The notes below the pieces were generated by a model. It saw only the letters and a program-made list of their open reading frames with translations. It was not told where the DNA came from and did not search any database. The position numbers and the translations under genes are program-made. From NCBI GenBank assembly GCA_964446435.1, contig CAYUOS010000001.1, positions 6,659 through 70,658 of the forward strand: DNA of 64,000 nucleotides, written 5' to 3'. Each line of letters opens with the position of its first letter. Positions within the stretch are counted from its first letter, which is position 1. Below are positions 1 through 9,654 of the stretch, in pieces. The DNA is from an uncultured Rikenellaceae bacterium (GTDB taxonomy: Bacteria; Bacteroidota; Bacteroidia; Bacteroidales; VadinHA17).

Positions 1-329
1 ACCTTGGAAGGTGGACACCGACAACCCATGAAACGGCAACCTACCCGGCACTCCATATCGGAGCTATCAGCCAGAATCACATTCAGAATACCTTCTTTGT
101 AAAGGACAACACCTACCTGAGGCTGAAGACAGCTGAACTCGCATACAGGCTTACTCCTGTTCAGGCAAGAAAGCTTGGTGTTAAGGGTTTGAGGGTGTAT
201 GTGAGCGGAGTTAACCTTTTTACCTGGGACAGGTTCAAGGTTCTTGACCCGGAAGTTCGTTCGGGGGCTACCACTCAGTGGTATCCGCAGTCGAGGAACT
301 ATAGTTTGGGATTTAACCTTAACTTCTAA
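1..329 (+). CDS. SusC/RagA-family TonB-dependent outer-membrane transporter, C-terminal fragment (5' end lies outside the window)
   Basis: The frame is open from the window edge (codons from nt 3) and reads ...FFVKDNTYLRLKTAELAYRL...LRVYVSGVNLFTWD...YPQSRNYSLGFNLNF*. This is the canonical SusC C-terminal strand ending in Phe. A SusD-like gene starts 9 nt downstream. Confidence 0.85.
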   Translation, partial: LGRWTPTTHETATYPALHIGAISQNHIQNTFFVKDNTYLRLKTAELAYRLTPVQARKLGVKGLRVYVSGVNLFTWDRFKVLDPEVRSGATTQWYPQSRNYSLGFNLNF

Positions 330-337
330 GAAAAGCG

Positions 338-2188
338 ATGAATATGAAACGAAATATCAGATTTACAATAATACTTGTGGTGTTCACAGGTCTTCTGATG
401 ACTTCCTGTGACAAGTTCCTCGATCAGGCGCCTGCCGGAGAGGAGACCAGCGAGTACATATTCGAGGATTATCTCAGGTCACTGCGATATATGGATATGT
501 TATACTACTACATGCCTCCATTGTGGGAAGGCGGTGGCGGCTTCGGGTCGAACTACGGTTTTATCGAGACCGGTACCGACATGGCACGTTACAATGCCAC
601 CTACGGAAGGGCCAATCAGTCAATAAATCAGGGTAACTGGAGACATTCACAGGCATCACCCGAGATTGAACGCTGGACCACCTACTATCAGCAGATAAGG
701 CGTGCCAATATGTTCCTGAAGAATATAGACAATTTCTCAAACGAACCAAAAATAGATGGTGTCAGCCGTAAGGTATCGATGAGAGGAGAAGTCCACTGGC
801 ATATTGCATGGAACTATTTTGAACTTCTCAGGCGCTATGGCGGTGTACCCATTATAAAGGAGGTACTGTCTCTTGATTCCAATTTCAAGATTCCCAGGGC
901 AACCTATGATGAGACACTCGAGTACGTTCTTGAGAATCTTGAGATTGCTTATGACCTCGTGCCTGACAAGTGGGCTGACGAGGAGTATGGTCGTATTACC
1001 AAGGCGATGGTAATGGCTTTGAAATCAAGGGCATTGCTCTATGCAGCCAGTCCGCTGAACAACCCTGGCAATGATCAGGCAAAGTGGCGTGCCGCAGCAG
1101 ACGCTTCCAGGGATCTTCTTGACTATCTTGATGACAAGGGTTATCACCCGCTATTTCATGATTATCAGAATATTTTCATGAGGCTGCCGGCCGACCAGAT
1201 TGAAGAGATAATTATGCCCAGGCACAGGGGTGTCGGTACGATTACATTCAACAGTAATGTGATTCTCTACGGTCAGGGTCTGCCAGGTGAGGGATTCCAG
1301 GCCTATGGAAACACTTCTCCGTCACAGAACTTTGTTGACAAGTTTGAGAGAATCACCTATGACGGCCTTGGTAATCCTGTTGGTACCGAATGGTTTGACT
1401 GGAACAATCCCGATCATGTCGCCAATATTTACAAGGACCGTGACCCCCGTTTCTATTATACAGTACTTTACAACGATGTATGGTGGGTTAAGAGGCCGAT
1501 CGAGGTTTGGCGCGACGGCGATAACTGGGGTAAGGATTACAATCCCAAGGTGCATTTCTACACCCGTACCGGATACTATATGCGCAAATTCTGGCCGCGT
1601 GAGTGCCAGGATTACCTGCAGCCAGGATCATCTAGGCTCATACCCTTCTATTTCAGGACCGCCGAGATTCTGCTGAACTATGCAGAGGCTATGAACGAAC
1701 TCTACGGACCTGATGCAGACGGATTGGGCAGGGCTACCGGATCATTTACTGCACGTGAAGCGGTGAACATGATCAGGGCAAGACTAAAGTGTCCGCCAAA
1801 CAGTGAGATATCAGGCGCCCAGGATCCCTATTACTACGTACTGGTCGAGAGGCAGCTGAATCCTGATTTTCCGGTGCTTCCCGATGGGCTGCCACCAATA
1901 CCATCAGGTCTTTCCAAGGATGTGTTCCGTGAGTGGCTGCTGAATGAGCGCACAGTAGAACTATCGTTCGAACAGCACTACTGGTTCGATGCCTTCAGAC
2001 TGAAAAGGGGAGAACAGAGGATCGGAGGGACCATTTACGGAGTTGATGTTGTAAAGTCAGGCGATGACTTTATCTACTCCCGTCAGGAGGTCGAGAAGCG
2101 TTTCTTCGACCCCTCAAGAATGTATCTCTATCCTATTCCGCAGAATGAGGTATTCATTATGGGAATACAACAGAATCCGGGGTGGTAA
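338..2188 (+). CDS. SusD/RagB-family outer-membrane lipoprotein
   Basis: 616-aa ORF with a lipoprotein signal (...GLLMTSCDKF) and a SusD-type C-terminus (...YPIPQNEVFIMGIQQNPGW). It also has an LLNYAEAMNELYGP block. It is located directly after a SusC C-terminus. Confidence 0.9.
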   Translation: MNMKRNIRFTIILVVFTGLLMTSCDKFLDQAPAGEETSEYIFEDYLRSLRYMDMLYYYMPPLWEGGGGFGSNYGFIETGTDMARYNATYGRANQSINQGNWRHSQASPEIERWTTYYQQIRRANMFLKNIDNFSNEPKIDGVSRKVSMRGEVHWHIAWNYFELLRRYGGVPIIKEVLSLDSNFKIPRATYDETLEYVLENLEIAYDLVPDKWADEEYGRITKAMVMALKSRALLYAASPLNNPGNDQAKWRAAADASRDLLDYLDDKGYHPLFHDYQNIFMRLPADQIEEIIMPRHRGVGTITFNSNVILYGQGLPGEGFQAYGNTSPSQNFVDKFERITYDGLGNPVGTEWFDWNNPDHVANIYKDRDPRFYYTVLYNDVWWVKRPIEVWRDGDNWGKDYNPKVHFYTRTGYYMRKFWPRECQDYLQPGSSRLIPFYFRTAEILLNYAEAMNELYGPDADGLGRATGSFTAREAVNMIRARLKCPPNSEISGAQDPYYYVLVERQLNPDFPVLPDGLPPIPSGLSKDVFREWLLNERTVELSFEQHYWFDAFRLKRGEQRIGGTIYGVDVVKSGDDFIYSRQEVEKRFFDPSRMYLYPIPQNEVFIMGIQQNPGW

Positions 2189-2213
2189 TTCATGAATAAC
2201 TAAAAAACAGATA

Positions 2214-5200
2214 ATGATGTCTTTAGATAAACATTATATATCATACGGCAGGACAGGCAGACTGATATTTTCACTGTTTGCAGCCGTGCTAGCATGGGCG
2301 ATGATATTGCCCGGGGCGAATGCCCAGGCCAGGCAACAGGTCCCCATTCTGGTGGAAGGTGTTGTCAGGAACATACAGGGAGAACCTGTTATGGGCGCAA
2401 CGATACTGATCTCAGAATCGACAAGTTTCACAATAACAGATGAATACGGCAACTTCAGCATAGAGGTGCCGGGTACCGGTTCGGTTATTAATATTGAGGC
2501 TGATGGCTTTGACATACTGTCAGTGACAATCTCAGACGGCAGGTTTCTGGAGTTGGTGCTTCAATTCTCGGATGAGGGACAGGGCATCCGTGACAGAGTG
2601 TTTATTCCATGGGGAGTTACAGACAAAAGAAGCCTGACTTCAGCGATTTCAACGATTTCTCATGCTGAGCTGAGGAAGAGCCCGGTGATGGCACTGAGTA
2701 CGGCAGTTTCGGGACGAGTGCCTGGTTTTACTGTTGTTCAGGGTTCAGGCGGCCCGGGTCTTGATTCATATGAATGGCGTGTAAGGGGTATCAGAACCCT
2801 AGAAAACGGCGGTATGAACAATATGGAAAAAGGCGGCTGGGGTGAACCTATCATAGTGGTCGATGGATTTGAACGTACTTTTGTCGATTTTGATGCGAGT
2901 GAGGTAGAGTCATTCAGTGTGCTGAAGGATGCAGCAGCCGTGGCTCTATATGGAATGAGAGGAGCAAACGGAGTTGTTCTTGTTACAACAAAGAGAGGTC
3001 AGGCCAATAAGAGGACGATCGATCTTGAACTGAGTCAGGGTTTGGTAACCCCCATGAGATTGCCCAAGATGCTTGGATCGTATGATTATGCCAGGCTACA
3101 CAATGAGGCAAGGGTAAATGACGGACTGGATCCTTTCTGGACTGCTGCCGATCTGCAGAAGTACCAGGACGGCTCAAGCCCGCTGACTCATCCCGACAAC
3201 GACTTCTATGGTGAATTTATCAGGGATTATACATTCCAGAGGAAGGCGGCCCTGTCTATGTCGGGTGGCAATAAGGTTGTGAAATACTTTGTCTCTCTTG
3301 CATACAACAGCCAGGGTGGGCTTTATGACCGCACCGATGAAGGGTCACTTTTTGAGACCAAAACCGGCTATTCAAGATACAATACACGTATTAATCTCGA
3401 TATTGCTGTTACCAGGAGGCTTACAACATCGCTAAATCTTTCAGGAAGAATCGAGGATCGCAGGTATCCGTTTGAATCCGAATCAGCGATTTTCAACCTG
3501 CTATCGAACACACCTCCCAACGCATATCCTCTCTCGTTTACCGGAATTGATCCCTCACTCAACAAGGAGATCTTCATGCTGGGTGGAAACTCTATCTATA
3601 CCACCAATCCTCTTGGTGCATTGTCTTACAGGGGCTTCCGTGAGGATACGAGGAGATATTACCAGTTAGGAATAAACATGAAATATGAACTTGATTTCAT
3701 CACGGACGGACTTAATCTTAACTTCCAGTTCGATGCTGACGGGTACAACTATTTCAGGTTGTCGCAAAGTATGACCTACCCTGTTTGGGACAGAAGAGTG
3801 AATCCTGACGAGAGCATAACCTACGTTCGGTTTAATACACCATCATCACTATCCAGAACCTATGGGAGTGAGGTTATAAACTATAATGGATGGAACCTTT
3901 ACCTCACATATGATAAAGATTTTGGTGACAGCAAGTTCAATGCACTCGGTATGTGGAGGAGGTTCACTACTATCTACCAACAAGCCAACCAGCCAAACCA
4001 GAAACTGGAGGATTTCGCTGTAAGAGCCAGCTACGCATTAAGGAATAAATACTTTGTTGAATCAATTCTTACTCTGACAGGTAGCGAGAATTTCTTCATG
4101 ACAAATAAGTCCCGGCTTCTTTTGCCGGTCATTTCAGGAGCATGGATAGTCTCAGAGGAGGATTTCCTCAGCGGAGTTGACTTCTTTCAGTATATAAAGC
4201 TGCGCGGTTCATGGGGTCTTACTGCAAATGACAACTACACCTTTACAGATCCCAACAACATTAAGTACAGGTACGCTTATCGTGACAGATGGTGGAGCCA
4301 GAACAGCCAGCATGCATTCGGAACGGCTCTTACATATTTCAATCCTATAGTCAGGGAGGGAGTTGTTCCCAACAGGAACATCACACCCGAGAAGGGCATG
4401 ATGACCAACATCGGAATCGAATCAAGGCAATTCAACGGCCATCTCTATTTCTCGACCGATGTGTGGTTTGAGAAGAGATATGATATCTTCACCCGTGGTG
4501 AAGGTAGTGTGCCGCTTGCCTTTGGTGCTCTGCCCAGCAACCTGCCTATTGAGAATGAGGGAATTGTTCACAGCAAGGGATTTGAGACTACACTTGGATG
4601 GAGCGGATCACCCTCAAGCACTTTCAGCTACTGGGTTAACGGAATGGTTGATTACTGGACCAACAAGATTGACTATATGGCTGAACCTTTCAAGGAGGAT
4701 GCCTATCGCGTTGAAACAGGTGGAATGGTACGTCAGAACTTCGGGCTGATTGCTCTCGGCCTCTTCAAAAACCAGCAGGAGATTGACAACAGCCCTGTTC
4801 AGATGTTCGGGCCCTATCAGCCGGGTGACATAAAGTACAAGGATATGAACAATGATGGTGTGATTGATGCTAATGATTTTACTTCGATCGGTCGCACCAC
4901 TTTCCCGCAACTGTCGTATGCGATGGACATGGGTATCAGGGTTGGTAACTTCGATGCTTCAGTTCTGTTGCAGGGTAGTTCGATGAAGAGCTTCTATCTT
5001 ACAAACAATGCAGTCAGGGCCTTTACCAGCAACGGTTCAATCTCTGAATACTCTCTTGGCAGGTATACAGACGAAGCCAGCTGGGCAACTGCTGACTATC
5101 CAAGGCTCACAACCCTAGCCAACAACAACAATTGGCGCATTTCGACCTTCTGGTTGAAGGATGCAGCATTCCTTCGTGTTAAGAACGTTGAACTGGGTTA

Positions 5201-5381
5201 CAACCTGCCTATGGCTTCAGCAAGAAGACTGGGAATGTATGGCATGAGGGTTTACCTGAACGCTTACAACCTGTTTACATTTGATAATTTCAAGGTGTTT
5301 GATCCCGAGGATCCGAACGCAGGAATATCGAAGTATCCAATGACACGCATTGTTAACATTGGTTTCAACCTCAAATTCTAG
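2214..5381 (+). CDS. SusC/RagA-family TonB-dependent outer-membrane transporter
   Basis: 1055-aa ORF. It has an N-terminal CarboxypepD_reg-like segment (VEGVVRNIQGEPVMGATILISE), a plug motif (VLKDAAAVALYGMRGANGVVLVTTKRG) and the C-terminal strand NIGFNLKF*. Confidence 0.93.
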   Translation: MMSLDKHYISYGRTGRLIFSLFAAVLAWAMILPGANAQARQQVPILVEGVVRNIQGEPVMGATILISESTSFTITDEYGNFSIEVPGTGSVINIEADGFDILSVTISDGRFLELVLQFSDEGQGIRDRVFIPWGVTDKRSLTSAISTISHAELRKSPVMALSTAVSGRVPGFTVVQGSGGPGLDSYEWRVRGIRTLENGGMNNMEKGGWGEPIIVVDGFERTFVDFDASEVESFSVLKDAAAVALYGMRGANGVVLVTTKRGQANKRTIDLELSQGLVTPMRLPKMLGSYDYARLHNEARVNDGLDPFWTAADLQKYQDGSSPLTHPDNDFYGEFIRDYTFQRKAALSMSGGNKVVKYFVSLAYNSQGGLYDRTDEGSLFETKTGYSRYNTRINLDIAVTRRLTTSLNLSGRIEDRRYPFESESAIFNLLSNTPPNAYPLSFTGIDPSLNKEIFMLGGNSIYTTNPLGALSYRGFREDTRRYYQLGINMKYELDFITDGLNLNFQFDADGYNYFRLSQSMTYPVWDRRVNPDESITYVRFNTPSSLSRTYGSEVINYNGWNLYLTYDKDFGDSKFNALGMWRRFTTIYQQANQPNQKLEDFAVRASYALRNKYFVESILTLTGSENFFMTNKSRLLLPVISGAWIVSEEDFLSGVDFFQYIKLRGSWGLTANDNYTFTDPNNIKYRYAYRDRWWSQNSQHAFGTALTYFNPIVREGVVPNRNITPEKGMMTNIGIESRQFNGHLYFSTDVWFEKRYDIFTRGEGSVPLAFGALPSNLPIENEGIVHSKGFETTLGWSGSPSSTFSYWVNGMVDYWTNKIDYMAEPFKEDAYRVETGGMVRQNFGLIALGLFKNQQEIDNSPVQMFGPYQPGDIKYKDMNNDGVIDANDFTSIGRTTFPQLSYAMDMGIRVGNFDASVLLQGSSMKSFYLTNNAVRAFTSNGSISEYSLGRYTDEASWATADYPRLTTLANNNNWRISTFWLKDAAFLRVKNVELGYNLPMASARRLGMYGMRVYLNAYNLFTFDNFKVFDPEDPNAGISKYPMTRIVNIGFNLKF

Positions 5382-5384
5382 AGT

Positions 5385-7286
5385 ATGAAAAGGTATTTAA
5401 ATGCAACAAAAAGAATAAGATACTCCGCAATAGTCCTTGTGACTGCGCTGGTGACCTTCGCCTCATGCGAAAGGCCATACCTGCAGCCATGGCCGCCTGA
5501 CGGAGCTAGAACACCCGAGGATGTTTGGAACTACTACTTCTTCACCAGGGGTTTTCTCGATGCACTCTATGCCGACCAGGGCATAACACAGTACTACAAC
5601 ACCATTCAGGGCGAGGGAATGTTTGCCTCAGCCTCTGATGAGGCGGTTCACTCCGATCCGCAGGGCGCAGTCCGTAACTTCGTGAACGGTATCTGGAACC
5701 CGACAAGTGTCCCCACGGAATACTTTGGTGGTCCATGGTCATCATATGCACAATATGCAAGTGTTTGGGACAACTCATATCGAGGAATAAGAAGGACGAA
5801 TATCTTCCTGGAGAACGTTGACAGGTCAGTCTTCATCGATGACGTTTCAAACCCGGCAAGGGCCTTTGACAGGACCTACGGAAAGGGTCAGGCCTATTTC
5901 TGGAGGGCATTGCTGCAGTTTGAACTTATGAGAAGATATGGCCCCTTCCCGATTATCACGAAGAGCCAGTCACTTGAGGATGACATCTTCCTGCCAAGAA
6001 ACACACTGGAGGAGTGCTTTGAGCAGATTATTGCCGACTGTGACAGTGCAATTGCAAAGCTGCCGACACTCTGGGCAGACAACAACTGGCACCGGGCCAA
6101 CCGTACTGCGGCACAGTTCCTTAAGGCCAGGGTTGCATTATACTACGCCAGTCCGCTCTACCAGGGCAACTATGAAACTTTCGGCAGTGCTGCCAATACA
6201 GTCGGTGATGTCGACAGATGGAAGTTTGCTGCCGATGCCGCCAAAGCTGCAATAGACGAGAACAACTTCTACCGACTGATGACGATTTCGAAGTATAACC
6301 GTCCTTATTCAGGGGCCGGTTCATATATCAGCCAGGTTGGCCTTGTACTTACACTCTCGAATTTTGAGAATATTTTCGGTTCAACAACAACGACCACTAA
6401 CGCGCATGTAAATGAGCGCAGGAACATGCCCACAGGTCTTGAAGGTTGTTCAGGACTGACCAACCCGACTCAGGAACTCGTTGATGCTTTTGAGGTTGTT
6501 CAGCTTGATGCAAACGGACGGCCACTTGCAAGCGCCGTGTCTCAGAAGTTTGACTGGAACAATCCGGTACATGCAGCCAATCCGTATGCCAACAGGGATC
6601 CGAGATTCTATGCTTCGATACTCTTTAACGGCTATTTCTGGGGTAATTCGACTGCATTAGGCTATACTGTTGACACCTATGACGGCGGAGTTCACCGGAA
6701 CATAATTCACCCGACCTCCACGAAAACAGGTTACTATTACAGAAAGTGGCTGCAGGAAGGTTTCTATGAGTTTGCATCGGGCCGCTATACAAACGTTACC
6801 AGGGGTCGCATTGAGTTCAGGTTTGCCGAACTGCTGCTCAACTATGCAGAGGCAATGAACGAAGCTTACGGTCCTGATGTAGCTCATCCCGACGGAGCAC
6901 TGAGGGTTGGAGGATCAACCGCAAGGGAAGCAATCAACCTCATCAGGGCAAGGGTATTCATGCCGCTGATTCCGCTGGGTCTGACACAGGATCAGATGCG
7001 TGATGCAATAAAGCACGAGAGAAGAATAGAGCTCTGCTTTGAGAATCACAGGGTATTTGACCTGCGTCGCTGGAAGATGGGAGAGATCCTTGGTCAGCCG
7101 GCTCACGGTATAAGGATTACCGCAACAGGTTTTGACGCCAATAACCGTCCGACCGGATTCAACTATGCTGTGGAAAAGGTAGAAGACAGGGTGTGGGCAG
7201 ACAGAATGTACTGGTGGCCAATACCTTACTCAGAGATCGTCAAGTACGAGGGTAAGCTGAAGCAGAACCCTGGTTGGGGTAATTAA
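5385..7286 (+). CDS. SusD/RagB-family outer-membrane lipoprotein
   Basis: 633-aa ORF starting 4 nt after susC. It has a lipobox (VTFASCERP), an LLNYAEAMNEAYGP block and a C-terminal ...KLKQNPGWGN. Confidence 0.9.
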   Translation: MKRYLNATKRIRYSAIVLVTALVTFASCERPYLQPWPPDGARTPEDVWNYYFFTRGFLDALYADQGITQYYNTIQGEGMFASASDEAVHSDPQGAVRNFVNGIWNPTSVPTEYFGGPWSSYAQYASVWDNSYRGIRRTNIFLENVDRSVFIDDVSNPARAFDRTYGKGQAYFWRALLQFELMRRYGPFPIITKSQSLEDDIFLPRNTLEECFEQIIADCDSAIAKLPTLWADNNWHRANRTAAQFLKARVALYYASPLYQGNYETFGSAANTVGDVDRWKFAADAAKAAIDENNFYRLMTISKYNRPYSGAGSYISQVGLVLTLSNFENIFGSTTTTTNAHVNERRNMPTGLEGCSGLTNPTQELVDAFEVVQLDANGRPLASAVSQKFDWNNPVHAANPYANRDPRFYASILFNGYFWGNSTALGYTVDTYDGGVHRNIIHPTSTKTGYYYRKWLQEGFYEFASGRYTNVTRGRIEFRFAELLLNYAEAMNEAYGPDVAHPDGALRVGGSTAREAINLIRARVFMPLIPLGLTQDQMRDAIKHERRIELCFENHRVFDLRRWKMGEILGQPAHGIRITATGFDANNRPTGFNYAVEKVEDRVWADRMYWWPIPYSEIVKYEGKLKQNPGWGN

Positions 7287-7304
7287 AGATTAACTTTTCA
7301 CAAA

Positions 7305-8654
7305 ATGAAGTTAAAATCTATGAAGAGAATAGCAATTATACTAGTAACAATTACTGCGGTCTTGTATTCCTGCAGTAAGACGGAGGTATGGCTCGACTAT
7401 GACGATCCGTCGGTATATATCCCGAGGCAGGGCGTGAGCTTCAATACTGCCTGGAACGTGGATACCAAACAATACACACTTGATCTGGGAGTATATCTCG
7501 GAGGTGTCCGTCCTGAGAACCAGAAGAGCGACATTGAGGTCACATTTGCCGTTGACCAGTCGCTTATCACGACCTATAACAATGACATTACCCAGCAGTA
7601 TTCGGGTCAGGTCATTGCATTGCCGGCCGACTGCTACCAGATCACGGGTACAAAGGTTACCATACCTGCGGGTGAGGTTATGACATACATTCCGATCAAG
7701 ATCTTCACCGACAAGGTTGAGGCCCTCGGAATGGGTCCTGATGATATCTATGTTGTACCTGTTAAGCTTGTGTCGACTACGAAGTACCGTCTGTCGAACA
7801 ATGCATGGCAGAATGAGGCGCTCTATGGTGTTAAGATCGATAACCCGAGGTTTTACTTTTGGCTTAACCGCAATGCAGAGGCTAACCCATCGACAATTGC
7901 AAGAAAGGTAATCTTCGGCGAAACACCCAGGGTTGAGAACTTTATGGTTACCAGCTACGGGCTTACCGCTGACGAATCCTATACCCTTACATTCGCGGTT
8001 GATCCTTCAAAGGTTCCTGCAGGCCAGCAGATACTTCCGGCCAATGCATACGAACTGCCATCAACTACCGTAACTATACCGGCAGGCTCGCTCACAGCCA
8101 ACTTCCCGGTGAAGATTATCAACTCCAATGTGGCGTTCCGACAGGTATATTTCCTGCCTGTCAGCATTACAGCTGCCAGTAAGTACGGAGGCGATCCTGT
8201 GAAAGGGACACTACTGCTTAGGGTTGACATCAAGAACGATTATGAGTGGACCTATGTCAGCAAAATGACGGTGCAGTCAGAAACAACCGGACGAAGCGCA
8301 AGCTACCAGGTAAATAAGCAGCCGACATCGCATGACGAGACGACTCTCAGAATACAGATGGCGGCTAACAACACCATTGCAGGTGGTACAACAGGTACGT
8401 CTTCAACCTATAACAACAAGTTCTATCGCCTGAAGGTTATTCCCAATCCTTCCGACAAACGGAACTGGGGTGTTGAGATAATCAGAATCACCGACGAAGG
8501 TACCACCTTCAATTCACCTGTTACCCTTGAGCTTGACCCTGAGAAGACCAGCTATTTTGACTGGGATTACGAGACATTCTACCTGAATTACAGGTGGAAG
8601 CATACTGACGGCAAATGGATCTGGGTCACAGAGGTACTTGAGGCACAGTTCTGA
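7305..8654 (+). CDS. PUL-associated surface lipoprotein (DUF1735/SGBP-like position; function unproven)
   Basis: 449-aa ORF with a lipobox (AVLYSCSK). It occupies the third position after susC/susD, which is typical of surface glycan-binding proteins. I recognised no catalytic motif. Confidence 0.6.
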   Translation: MKLKSMKRIAIILVTITAVLYSCSKTEVWLDYDDPSVYIPRQGVSFNTAWNVDTKQYTLDLGVYLGGVRPENQKSDIEVTFAVDQSLITTYNNDITQQYSGQVIALPADCYQITGTKVTIPAGEVMTYIPIKIFTDKVEALGMGPDDIYVVPVKLVSTTKYRLSNNAWQNEALYGVKIDNPRFYFWLNRNAEANPSTIARKVIFGETPRVENFMVTSYGLTADESYTLTFAVDPSKVPAGQQILPANAYELPSTTVTIPAGSLTANFPVKIINSNVAFRQVYFLPVSITAASKYGGDPVKGTLLLRVDIKNDYEWTYVSKMTVQSETTGRSASYQVNKQPTSHDETTLRIQMAANNTIAGGTTGTSSTYNNKFYRLKVIPNPSDKRNWGVEIIRITDEGTTFNSPVTLELDPEKTSYFDWDYETFYLNYRWKHTDGKWIWVTEVLEAQF

Positions 8655-8677
8655 TCATAACCAGATATGAAGCAAAG

Positions 8678-8712
8678 AGAGAGTGTGGAGATGATATGAC
8701 TTCACACTCTCT
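8678..8712 (+). terminator. Hairpin downstream of the PUL lipoprotein gene (putative intrinsic terminator)
   Basis: AGAGAGTGTG (8678-8687) pairs with CACACTCTCT (8703-8712) to give a 10-bp stem with a 15-nt loop. The trailing T-tract is weak (TTTCAT). Confidence 0.5.
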
Positions 8713-8808
8713 TTCATATCGCCTCTAACACATTTGTATGAACAGCTTGTCTGATTAACGGCATGATGTTTGAGGCGAGCATAGAGTTAAATTTAACAAC
8801 CCTGCAGC

Positions 8809-9504
8809 ATGAGACAATTAATTACATTACTGGCAGTTCTTCTGTGGTTGTCGCCTGTTCTTCAAGGACAGCAAAGGGTAACCATAGTTGCCAAGGGTGA
8901 AACATTCATCGAAAGCGTACTGCCGAAGGAGATGATGTACTCATTCGAGGAGTTCCGCGATGCAAAACTGATACGCATTGACGGACTTGAAAACGAGACC
9001 AAGATCAATATCAACCTTTTCACGGGTGATATTTTGTTTCTTTCTCCTGGCAATCAGATACTTGTGATGGCCTATCCGAAGGAGGTAAGCAGAATCATGA
9101 TGGGTAGTTCTCTGTGGGTTCCGGTTGAGGAAACCTTCGGAGAGGTTATTTTCTCAAAGGACGATATCTCGCTTGTGAGAGTTAAAAAGACCCGTATTAC
9201 CGACACCCGAAGGGAGACGGCATTCGGTGGTATGTCAAGCACCGTGTCGACGAAGTCGGTTACCGCATTTGCTGCCGACAACAGAGGGCATGTTGCAATA
9301 CCGGTTGGGGAGTATGATTTTGAAACGGCGACAACCTACAGGCTGAGCGACGGATCGCGAATGGTTATTGCCGACGCCAAGGGCTTTCGCCGGATATTCT
9401 CAAAAAACAGAAAAGAGCTTAACAATTTTATTAAGACCAACAGGATAGACTTTAAGGATGAGAGCGATCTCCTGAACCTTGTGAAAAAGAGCATATCTTT
9501 CTAG
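8809..9504 (+). CDS. Hypothetical secreted protein
   Basis: 231-aa ORF with an N-terminal signal peptide (MRQLITLLAVLLWLSPVLQGQQ). I recognised no family. Confidence 0.6.
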   Translation: MRQLITLLAVLLWLSPVLQGQQRVTIVAKGETFIESVLPKEMMYSFEEFRDAKLIRIDGLENETKININLFTGDILFLSPGNQILVMAYPKEVSRIMMGSSLWVPVEETFGEVIFSKDDISLVRVKKTRITDTRRETAFGGMSSTVSTKSVTAFAADNRGHVAIPVGEYDFETATTYRLSDGSRMVIADAKGFRRIFSKNRKELNNFIKTNRIDFKDESDLLNLVKKSISF

Positions 9505-9552
9505 CCTGTTGCCGGGTTGGAATAACAGGATACTAATCTGCTACATGCGATG

Positions 9553-9592
9553 CGCCGGTAATGCTCTTTTGCTGTACCGGCGTCTCATTTTT
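9553..9592 (+). terminator. Putative intrinsic terminator
   Basis: CGCCGGTA (9553-9560) pairs with TACCGGCG (9575-9582), followed by TCTCATTTTT. Confidence 0.6.
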
Positions 9593-9624
9593 ACACTCTT
9601 TCTGACGGGTGCGCGAAAAATTCC

Positions 9625-9632
9625 TATTTTTG
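9625..9632 (+). promoter_or_regulatory. Bacteroidetes sigma-AB -7 box (TAnnTTTG) for aspS
   Basis: TATTTTTG sits 22 nt upstream of the aspS ATG. Confidence 0.5.
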
Positions 9633-9654
9633 CTGAAAATTATCAGTTAACTTG

